DNA of 32,000 bases. Source: Candidatus Methylomirabilis oxygeniifera. Lineage in GTDB: Bacteria > Methylomirabilota > Methylomirabilia > Methylomirabilales > Methylomirabilaceae. Under the pieces are notes generated by a model. The model was given only the letters and a program-made list of their open reading frames with translations, had not been told where the DNA came from and made no database searches. Positions 25,355 through 32,000 of this stretch are shown here, piece after piece; the stretch's first letter is position 1, and each line of letters starts with the position of its first letter. The position numbers were made by a program, and so were the translations under genes. The DNA lies in assembly GCA_000091165.1 (NCBI GenBank), contig FP565575.1, positions 1,290,001-1,322,000 of the forward strand. The letters are read 5' to 3'.

Positions 25355-25852
25355 TCACAGCGGCTGCCGGCGCATCACGATGGCATCTTCGCGCGGATGT
25401 TCGTAGTAGTTGCGGCGGCGGCCGATCGGCTGAAAGCCATAACACTTGTATAGCGCAGCAGCCGCCTCGTTCGATGCCCTTACTTCCAGATAGCCTACCG
25501 TGACACTCCTGGCATACGCTCGAACAAGCATCGCGTCCAGCAGTTGCGAGGCGATCCCACGACCTCGATAGCCTGGGTGTACGGCAAGATTATTGATATG
25601 TAACTCCCCGCTGACAATCCACGCGCACAAGAAACCCACGATTCGCTCTCCCGCACCGTCGTCCACTCGTGCCACAAGTGATTCGGCGATCTGCGTGGAG
25701 TTCAGTTCGTACACAAACATCTCCTCGGTCCACGGTTCGGCAAACGAGAGGCTCTCAATAACCAGGACCTCCGGCAGGTCTGCCCTCCGCATCGAATCGC
25801 ACGTAACTTCGAGTCTCGTCTTGTTCATCGTCATTGTACGGACCTGCGTCAA
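25355..25852 (-). CDS. rimI: [Ribosomal protein S18]-alanine N-acetyltransferase (GNAT)
   Basis: 165 aa; ADLPEVLVIESLSFAEPWTEEMFVYEL...NNLAVHPGYRGRGIASQLLDAML...LEVRASNEAAAALYKCYGFQPIGRRRNYY; directly after tsaB. Confidence 0.92.
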   Translation of the reverse strand: MTQVRTMTMNKTRLEVTCDSMRRADLPEVLVIESLSFAEPWTEEMFVYELNSTQIAESLVARVDDGAGERIVGFLCAWIVSGELHINNLAVHPGYRGRGIASQLLDAMLVRAYARSVTVGYLEVRASNEAAAALYKCYGFQPIGRRRNYYEHPREDAIVMRRQPL

Positions 25853-25856
25853 GGCG

Positions 25857-26561
25857 CTACGAAGTCACTGGGACGACTCTGTCAAGGCGTCGCAACTCCG
25901 CCTCGGACGGCCGCAGGTACTTGGGGGCCAAGTGTGCAAGATCCTCCCGATGGCCTTGCAGGAGGCGGCGGCGGCCGAGTTCTGCCACAGCAGCAGCGCG
26001 TCCTCCACACCCGGCAAGAGGGGGGAAGAGCGCCAACTCTTTCAGTTGAGATTGCACCAGACCTTCGTAGGATACCAGCCCGTCGCCCAGGAAGACGGTC
26101 GGCTCCTGGATCTGGCTGAACAGTCTCTCCGGCGCCACAGCCGTATCGTCCGTCAGGCGGATCAGCCGATCCTCTTCACAGCGAAACAGGGCACAGTAGA
26201 GTTCGCCTTTCCTGGCATCGAGGGTAGGACAGATCTGGTACGCGCAGAACGGCAGCGTCCATGCCATAGCTTCAAGGGTCGACACGCCGACAAGCGGTTG
26301 ACCTCCCGCAATCGCCAGGCCTTTGGCGGTGCTCAGCCCGATTCGCAAGCCTGTGAACGAGCCCGGACCGACAGCCACGGCGAGGCCTTCGACTTGGGGT
26401 AATGTGATCCCAGCATCCTGCAAGGCTCGATCGATTAATGGCAGCAGTCGCTCGCTGTAGGTCGCCTTGACATTCAGCGTATAGTCGCAAACCACTCCCT
26501 GCCCGGATACAAGGGCCACCCCGCCCCGCAGTGTCGACGTGTCGATCCCCATCACCAGCAT
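25857..26561 (-). CDS. tsaB: tRNA threonylcarbamoyladenosine biosynthesis protein TsaB
   Basis: 234 aa; LVMGIDTSTLRGGVALVSG, YSERLLPLIDRALQDAGITLPQVEGLAVAVGPGSFTGLRIGLSTAKGLAIAGGQPLVGVSTLEAMA. Confidence 0.95.
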   Translation of the reverse strand: MLVMGIDTSTLRGGVALVSGQGVVCDYTLNVKATYSERLLPLIDRALQDAGITLPQVEGLAVAVGPGSFTGLRIGLSTAKGLAIAGGQPLVGVSTLEAMAWTLPFCAYQICPTLDARKGELYCALFRCEEDRLIRLTDDTAVAPERLFSQIQEPTVFLGDGLVSYEGLVQSQLKELALFPPLAGCGGRAAAVAELGRRRLLQGHREDLAHLAPKYLRPSEAELRRLDRVVPVTS

Positions 26562-26613
26562 AATAATTTGACGATACTACAGACGGCATCTTCCGGCAAG
26601 GGCCTCAGCACAA

Positions 26614-27873
26614 TCAGATACCGGCACAAGAGACGTCCGCGACTATTCCTCCAGCCTGACTGGTCGGTCCTCCGGCTCGGACACGCAGCAGCAGGATGAG
26701 ACCGATGAGAAAAAACAATCCGACAGCAAGAATCGCCGCGCGCTGATTGCCTGCCATGGCGTACGATACTGCGCCAAAGACGAGAGGCCCGAGTATGGAC
26801 GCGGTCTTTCCGCAGAGGGCATAGCAACCGAAGAACTCCCCCTCTCGCCCCTTCGGGATGAGGCTGGCCATGAAGGTTCGACTCGCGGCCTGGATGGCGC
26901 CGAGACCGGACCCAGCGACGGCGGCAACGAGGTAAAACTGCCGTTGCGCCTCGACAAAATAGGCGGCGATCACCACACCGATCCAGAGAACCAACATGCA
27001 GAGCACAACGACCTTCGGCCCAAAGCGATCGGTGGGCTTTCCCCACAGGAAGGCTCCGACCAATGCTGTCGCCTGAACAAGGAGATACAGGCCGATCAAC
27101 TGCGCCATCCCAAAGCCAAGCGTCCTGGCCGCAAAGATCGAGGAGAAGAAGATGACCGTATTGACACCATCCTCGTACAACAGATAGGCGCCGAGAAAAC
27201 GCCGCAATTCGCGAAACGTGAGAACGTCCCTGACCGTCCGTGCGGTGCCAAGAATACTCTCGCGAACCACTTCAATAATCCCGACCCGGCCGCGCCGATC
27301 CTCCGGAAGGATCAGGAAGGCTGGGAGGGCAAAAAGTCCGAAGAGCGCTGCCGTTGAGAGAAAGCACCAGCCGAGGGCGCCTACCCTGACAAATGGGAGG
27401 GCTACGAGAAGCGCGACGATTGAGCCGGCGTAGCCGACCGCAAAGCCGTAGGCTGAGACGCGCCCCTGCCACTGCCGCGAGGCGATGTCCGGGAGATAGG
27501 CGTTATAGAAGACCAGCGCCCCTTCAAAGCCCACCATACCGAGGACGCCAAGCGCAAATCCCCGGAGAACCATCCCCTGCTCTACGGTCGCCATCAATGC
27601 GGTGGCACCGACGCTCAGGTAGGTGGCGGCACCGAAGACGCGCTTGCGGATTCCGGCCCGGTCGGCAATACCTCCCAGGATGGGGGAGATCAGCGCCACA
27701 ATGGCCATCGACATAGAGATCAGTCGTCCCCACCACAGATCGCCCTCCCCATGGACGTTGCCGACAACCACCTGGGCATAATAGGTCGCATAGATGGTTG
27801 CCGCGATGACCGCAGCAAAGGATGAGTTCGCAAAATCATACAGGGTCCAAGCGATTACCTGACGGCGATTCAT
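26614..27873 (-). CDS. MFS transporter, UMF1/Atg22-like family
   Basis: 419 aa; MNRRQVIAWTLYDFANSSFAAVIAATIYATYYAQVVVG..., LISPILGGIADRAGIRKR, GAFLWGKPTDRFGPK, LGAIQAASRTFMASLIPKGREGEFFGCYALCGKTASILGPLVFG. Confidence 0.92.
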   Translation of the reverse strand: MNRRQVIAWTLYDFANSSFAAVIAATIYATYYAQVVVGNVHGEGDLWWGRLISMSMAIVALISPILGGIADRAGIRKRVFGAATYLSVGATALMATVEQGMVLRGFALGVLGMVGFEGALVFYNAYLPDIASRQWQGRVSAYGFAVGYAGSIVALLVALPFVRVGALGWCFLSTAALFGLFALPAFLILPEDRRGRVGIIEVVRESILGTARTVRDVLTFRELRRFLGAYLLYEDGVNTVIFFSSIFAARTLGFGMAQLIGLYLLVQATALVGAFLWGKPTDRFGPKVVVLCMLVLWIGVVIAAYFVEAQRQFYLVAAVAGSGLGAIQAASRTFMASLIPKGREGEFFGCYALCGKTASILGPLVFGAVSYAMAGNQRAAILAVGLFFLIGLILLLRVRAGGPTSQAGGIVADVSCAGI

Positions 27874-28376
27874 CGGGCCAGTGTCACATCACGCATCAGC
27901 TCACGAACCAACTTCACGTATCGATCACCGATCGGAACGATCTCGATCTCCCGCGTATCCGGTCCGGTATGCCGAAGTCTGAACGTCAGTATCTCCTTCG
28001 GCAAGTACCCCCATCCATGCTCAGCCCACTCGATCGCCGTCACACCATCTCGCTGCAGATACTCATCCAGCCCTAAATTGAGAAAGGCCTCGGGGGTCTC
28101 GATACGGTAGAGATCGATATGGTACAGGGGAAGACGGCCACGGTGGCAGTGTATGATGGTGAAGGTCGGACTGCTCACGTACGTCGCCGGGTCAATCTCG
28201 AGCCCACACGCTAATCCTCCGACAAAGAGGGTTTTGCCGGCCCCCAGCTCACCGATGAGCGCGATCACGTCGCCCACATCTGCGAGCCTGCCCACCGCTT
28301 CCCCCAGCGCGCGTGTCTGCTCCGGCGAGGCGGAGTGATACGTGGTCACTTTCTTTTGCTCAAACAAGCCAGTCAT
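27870..28376 (-). CDS. tsaE: tRNA threonylcarbamoyladenosine biosynthesis ATPase TsaE
   Basis: 168 aa; VIALIGELGAGKTLFVGGLACGL (P-loop), YVSSPTFTIIHCHRGRLPLYHIDLYRI, VTAIEWAEHG. Confidence 0.95.
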   Translation of the reverse strand: MTGLFEQKKVTTYHSASPEQTRALGEAVGRLADVGDVIALIGELGAGKTLFVGGLACGLEIDPATYVSSPTFTIIHCHRGRLPLYHIDLYRIETPEAFLNLGLDEYLQRDGVTAIEWAEHGWGYLPKEILTFRLRHTGPDTREIEIVPIGDRYVKLVRELMRDVTLAR

Positions 28377-28400
28377 TGTCCGGAAAGCCCCTCGACCGAG

Positions 28401-28447
28401 CCCCCCCTTGCCCCCCCTTTACAAAAGGGGGGTGTGGGGGGTTTTCC
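28401..28447. repeat. G/C-tract inverted repeat, copy A (PPL..KGG-type dispersed intergenic repeat)
   Basis: Intergenic sequence contains CCCCCCCTTTACAAAAGGGGGG, surrounded by poly-C on the left and TGTGGGGGGTTTTCC on the right. Confidence 0.7.
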
Positions 28448-28469
28448 CGGAGGTGAAAGGTCCGGGCTT

Positions 28470-30071
28470 TCATGCCCGTGGATGAACCTCCCGCTTCTGA
28501 GCTGGATCATGGGATTTCAGTTGTCGAATGGCCTCCGGGATCTGCGCCATCAGATCGGAAGCCACCATCGCCTCCTGGCCGACCGCCTCGGCCGCCAGAT
28601 CCCCGGCCACGCCGTGCAGGTAGACTGCGGCCTTCGCCGCCATATCGGCATCCACGCCCTGGGCGAGGAGACCGGCGATCAGCCCCGTCAATACGTCACC
28701 GGTTCCGCCCGTCGCCATCCCCGCGTTCCCGGTCATGTTGATTGCTACGCGACCCTCCGGAGTCGCAATCAGGGTACGGGCGCCCTTCAATACCAGGTAC
28801 ACACCGAAGCTCGTCGCGACCTTCTGCGCAATCGGGATCCGGTTCCTGACTATCTCATCACGGTCGATGCCGAGCAAACGGGCAAGCTCTCCGGGATGGG
28901 GGGTGAGGATCGGCGGAAGCGCAAGATTACGCAACACTTCCAGATTCGGTCCAAGCGCGTTGATTCCATCGGCATCGACCACGATTTGCGCCTTAACGGT
29001 ATTCAAGACGGCTCGGACCAGCTCAGCGGTCTCAGGATGAATCGAGAGCCCCGGACCGATCGCCACCACTCGTTTGCCCTTCACCAGCTCCAAAACCCTG
29101 TCCAGGGCGGCAAAGGCCACCGTCCGCTCCCCGGTCTCAGGGAGCGGTTCAGTCATGACTTCCGTGAGCTTCGCCTCCATTGCGTCATTCAGGCTCTCCG
29201 GCAACGCCAGCGTAACTAACCCCGCGCCGATTCGGAGCGTCGAGAACGCGCACATCGCCGCCGCGCCGGTCTTACCAGGCGAGCCCGCCACGACCAACGC
29301 GTGACCATAGGTCCCTTTGTGGGCATTCGGGTCGCGTCGCGGAAGCGCGTCGACAACGTCCCTGGTCTCCACAAGCGACACATCAAGGATCGGATCGATG
29401 AGCAGCGGCCTCGGCAGACCGATATCCACCGTCACGACCCGACCGGCATATGAGGCCGCCGGATACAGGATCACACACCGCTTGGGCAGGCCGAAGGTGA
29501 CGGTGAGGTTCGCGTTAATGCTCGGTCCAGGAATGTTCCCTTCATCACTATTCAGGCCGGATGGGATATCGAGGGCCACAATCGGTCTGCCGGCTTGGTT
29601 GAGCAGTTCAATGGCTTCGACGAAAAGGTCTTTCGCGGGCCCGGTCGTCCCGGTTCCCAGGATGGCATCCACGACGACATCGGCGTCTTCGATTGCGCTT
29701 CTTCTCGCCTCAAGCGCCTGGCCGGTCGTCACTTCATAGATCGGTACGCCGCATTTTTGAATAATGTCGAGATTCGTCCTGGCGTCCCCTTTCACATCCG
29801 CCTGGCGAGCCAGCAGCAATACCGTGACCGCGATCTCGCGGTTGAAAAGGTGGCGGGCTACGACGAACCCATCGCCGCCGTTGTTGCCCTTGCCGCAGAC
29901 AATGACGACACGGCATTGGCGCAGGTGCGGAAACGCGCGCTCCAGCTCCAGTACCGCCTGAAGTCCAGCGTTCTCCATCAACAGCAGCGACGGGATACCG
30001 TACTCCTCCGTCGCCCGTCGATCGAGCTCGCGCATCTGAGTCGCCGTCACCACGTTTACGGCCATCGCCAC
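28470..30071 (-). CDS. nnr: Bifunctional ADP-dependent NAD(P)H-hydrate dehydratase / NAD(P)H-hydrate epimerase
   Basis: 533 aa; N-terminal epimerase VVIVCGKGNNGGDGFVVARHL, ALDIPSGLNSDEG; C-terminal dehydratase AGSPGKTGAAAMCAFSTLRIGAGLVTLA, PHPGELARLLG, NMTGNAGMATGGTGDVLTGLIAGLLAQG. Confidence 0.96.
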   Translation of the reverse strand: MAMAVNVVTATQMRELDRRATEEYGIPSLLLMENAGLQAVLELERAFPHLRQCRVVIVCGKGNNGGDGFVVARHLFNREIAVTVLLLARQADVKGDARTNLDIIQKCGVPIYEVTTGQALEARRSAIEDADVVVDAILGTGTTGPAKDLFVEAIELLNQAGRPIVALDIPSGLNSDEGNIPGPSINANLTVTFGLPKRCVILYPAASYAGRVVTVDIGLPRPLLIDPILDVSLVETRDVVDALPRRDPNAHKGTYGHALVVAGSPGKTGAAAMCAFSTLRIGAGLVTLALPESLNDAMEAKLTEVMTEPLPETGERTVAFAALDRVLELVKGKRVVAIGPGLSIHPETAELVRAVLNTVKAQIVVDADGINALGPNLEVLRNLALPPILTPHPGELARLLGIDRDEIVRNRIPIAQKVATSFGVYLVLKGARTLIATPEGRVAINMTGNAGMATGGTGDVLTGLIAGLLAQGVDADMAAKAAVYLHGVAGDLAAEAVGQEAMVASDLMAQIPEAIRQLKSHDPAQKREVHPRA

Positions 30072-30089
30072 CTCCTCGCCACGCGCATC

Positions 30090-30473
30090 CTATCTGCCGT
30101 CAGTGGCTACAACACAGGCCATCGCATAATCGCCATCATGCGTAAGCGTGACAAGCATCTGCGTGATCCCCAGGCAGGCCGCAACGTCCCGGGCACGACC
30201 CGAAAGGACGACGCTCGACGGCTCACGCCCGCCCCCAACGATCTCCACATCCTGCCACACCACCCCCTGCCCCCATCCTGTACGAAGCGCCTTAAAGGCC
30301 GCCTCCTTCGCCGCAAAACGGGCCGCGAGGTGACGCCCTGGCGATCGATAGTGTCTCAAGCGCGCCTGTTCCGCCCCGGTAAAAAGGCGATTCAGCAGGC
30401 GAGCGCCGTGACGTGTGGCGGCCTGCTCAAATCGACTGATCTGAACCAGGTCAATTCCGATCCCGATCACCAT
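30090..30473 (-). CDS. acpS: Holo-[acyl-carrier-protein] synthase
   Basis: From ATG at 30473: MVIGIGIDLVQISRFEQA...LFTGAEQARLRHYRSPGRHLAARFAAKEAAFKALRTGWGQGVVWQDVEI. Confidence 0.95.
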   Translation of the reverse strand: MVIGIGIDLVQISRFEQAATRHGARLLNRLFTGAEQARLRHYRSPGRHLAARFAAKEAAFKALRTGWGQGVVWQDVEIVGGGREPSSVVLSGRARDVAACLGITQMLVTLTHDGDYAMACVVATDGR

Positions 30474-30485
30474 CTCGCACCCACG

Positions 30486-30532
30486 AAATCCCCCCAACCC
30501 CCCTTTGGTAAAGGGGGACCAGGGAGGATTTT
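30486..30532. repeat. G/C-tract inverted repeat, copy B
   Basis: AATCCCCCCAACCCCCCTTTGGTAAAGGGGGACCAGGGAGGATTTT; same type as 28401-28447. Confidence 0.7.
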
Positions 30533-31259
30533 ACCTCGCACGGTCCGCGCCCATGGCTGCCAGCATCTCGCGGATCGCTCGCTCCATGCCTACAAGAACA
30601 GCCCTCGCGATAATACTGTGCCCAATGCTCAACTCCTCCACCTCCGGGATCGCTGCGATCGACCCGACATTGCGATAGTCCAGACCATGCCCGGCATTAA
30701 TCCGAAGATCCAACTCCCTTCCCGCTGTCACCGACTGAATGAGACGGGTCAACTCCGACTCCTGGGCCTTACGACCCTTTGCCTCCGCATACGATCCGGT
30801 GTGAAGCTCGACGAAGTCGGCACCGGCGCGTGCAGCAGCCGCTACCTGGTGGTGTTCCGGGTCGATAAAGAGACTGACCGCGATGCCGCCCTCACGCAAG
30901 CGGCGTACGGCCCGGCCCACGTCATCGATGTGTCCGTGGACATCCAGCCCGCCTTCAGTGGTCAGCTCCTCACGTCGCTCCGGGACGAGCGTCGCCATCT
31001 CCGGCTTCAGTGCCAGGGCGATCTCGATCATCTCTTCCGTGACGGCCATCTCCAGGTTCAGCTTCGTCTTGACCAGCCGCCGGAGGAGTTCAACATCCCG
31101 ATCCTGGATATGTCGTCGGTCCTCACGCAGGTGCACAGTGATTCCGGATGCGCCGGCCGATTCGGCAAACAGCGCCGCCTGTACCGGATCAGGCTCCACA
31201 CCCCGTCTTGACTGCCTAATCGTCGCGATATGATCGACGTTCACACATAACCCAACCAT
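30531..31259 (-). CDS. pdxJ: Pyridoxine 5'-phosphate synthase
   Basis: From ATG at 31259: [56 protein letters not shown]...[41 protein letters not shown]. Confidence 0.97.
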   Translation of the reverse strand: MVGLCVNVDHIATIRQSRRGVEPDPVQAALFAESAGASGITVHLREDRRHIQDRDVELLRRLVKTKLNLEMAVTEEMIEIALALKPEMATLVPERREELTTEGGLDVHGHIDDVGRAVRRLREGGIAVSLFIDPEHHQVAAAARAGADFVELHTGSYAEAKGRKAQESELTRLIQSVTAGRELDLRINAGHGLDYRNVGSIAAIPEVEELSIGHSIIARAVLVGMERAIREMLAAMGADRAR

Positions 31260-31264
31260 CGCTC

Positions 31265-31326
31265 GCACCTCATACTTCGTACCCCACACCTCAAAACCGG
31301 GTCCAGGGTCTAGGGTTTAGGGTAGG
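31265..31326. repeat. Degenerate tandem heptamer arrays
   Basis: Minus strand GAGGTGT-GGGGTAC-GAAGTAT-GAGGTGC (31292-31265); plus strand GGGTCCA-GGGTCTA-GGGTTTA-GGGTAGG (31299-31326). Confidence 0.7.
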
Positions 31327-31468
31327 AAAGCAACAGGGTGTGGGCGGAGGCGTGCGACGCGTCGTCGTCGGCAGGCGCAGCATGGACAGCGTAGCCTGCC
31401 GGCGCCGATTCGAGCCGGACATGGACGTCCGGCGAGATTAAGCGGAGCACGTCGCCGTCCATACCATA

Positions 31469-31503
31469 ACACCACACACCTCATACTCCACACCTCGCAC
31501 CTC
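31469..31503 (-). repeat. Degenerate tandem heptamer array
   Basis: Minus strand from 31503: GAGGTGC-GAGGTGT-GGAGTAT-GAGGTGT-GTGGTGT (5 x 7 nt). Confidence 0.7.
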
Positions 31504-31505
31504 TT

Positions 31506-32000
31506 TTAGCCAAGCTCTTTCTCGATCGCCAGTGCGATCTCTCGGGCCAGTCGCTCGATTTTCGCCGACTCCTCACCCTCTACCATGATGCGGGCCACCG
31601 GCTCCGTACCGGACAGGCGCACCAGGATCCGTCCTCTGCCTCCCATACTCGTCTCCGCCGATCGAATCGCCTCCTGCACCCGTGGAAGCTCCTCAACGAC
31701 AGCTCTACGTCGGACCGGGGCGTTGATCAATACTTGAGGGTACGAGGTCATACATGCCTTGAGCTCCGAAAGCGGCTTCCCGCACCGCTGCATGGTTGCC
31801 AGCACCTGCAAGGCGGTCACGAGCCCGTCGCCGGTGGTATGATGTTCCAGGAAGATGATATGCCCGGACTGCTCACCCCCCAGCATGTATCGCTCGGCTA
31901 ACATCTTCTCCAACACGTACCGATCGCCTACCGCGGTTCGAACGATCTTGATTCCCGCCTCCTGCATCGCGAGATCCAAACCGATATTGCTCATCACAGT
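31506..32000 (-). CDS. glmM: Phosphoglucosamine mutase, C-terminal part (truncated by right window edge)
   Basis: MSNIGLDLAMQEAGIKIVRTAVGDRYVLEKMLAERYMLGGEQSGHIIFLEHHTTGDGLVTALQVL...RILVRLSGTEPVARIMVEG. Confidence 0.95.
   Translation of the reverse strand, partial: TVMSNIGLDLAMQEAGIKIVRTAVGDRYVLEKMLAERYMLGGEQSGHIIFLEHHTTGDGLVTALQVLATMQRCGKPLSELKACMTSYPQVLINAPVRRRAVVEELPRVQEAIRSAETSMGGRGRILVRLSGTEPVARIMVEGEESAKIERLAREIALAIEKELG

Noticed and set aside
28335-29219. 294-aa plus-strand ORF containing PPLAPPLQKGGVGG
   Set aside because: Begins in the intergenic palindromic repeat and runs antisense through nnr.
29595-31211. 538-aa plus-strand ORF
   Set aside because: It is antisense to convincing nnr, acpS and pdxJ genes and has no recognisable domain; a typical high-GC shadow ORF.
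31299-31326. GGGTCCAGGGTCTAGGGTTTAGGG as a telomere-like repeat
   Set aside because: Context is a bacterial chromosome-type region; it is better described as one of several degenerate heptamer arrays.
1-32000. CRISPR arrays, prophage, toxin-antitoxin or other defence systems
   Set aside because: No regularly spaced repeats, no phage structural or integrase genes and no recognised defence domains in any supported ORF.

Overview
Every supported gene in this ~32 kb bacterial window lies on the minus strand. Most of it is GC-rich; the first ~1.3 kb is visibly more AT-rich. The left part (1-4.6 kb) holds a partial aldehyde dehydrogenase, a Ca2+/Na+ antiporter flanked by integron-attC-like GTTAGGC/GCCTAAC motifs, NhaA, a small c-type cytochrome and a truncated DUF1646-like membrane ORF. 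Next is an otsB-like phosphatase/NarL-type regulator/PAS kinase group (4.7-7.6 kb). The main accessory locus (8-19.4 kb) is a compact run of 11 genes: HAMP kinase, type-2 glycerate kinase, stand-alone receiver, GpgS-like glucosyl-3-phosphoglycerate synthase, MPGP-like HAD phosphatase, second glycosyltransferase, MscS-like TM protein and a complete MalEFGK-type sugar ABC importer. It looks like a compatible-solute module for glucosylglycerate or mannosylglucosylglycerate. The right part is mostly housekeeping: phosphohexomutase, tRNA-Gln(CTG), greA, gltX, Trm112-like, rimI, tsaB, MFS, tsaE, nnr, acpS, pdxJ and partial glmM. The most interesting non-coding signal is a near-identical structured element in two copies (~4524-4602 and ~20211-20290), each upstream of c-type cytochrome genes. 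Each copy has a covarying hairpin, an invariant GGAGGAGAGAGGGUGGUCGGGCCGCC segment, a possible antiterminator and an intrinsic terminator. One copy heads a DUF1646/cytochrome/nhaA gene group, which suggests a cation-responsive riboswitch. No searches or folding programs were run; all names come from reading the supplied translations and sequence.
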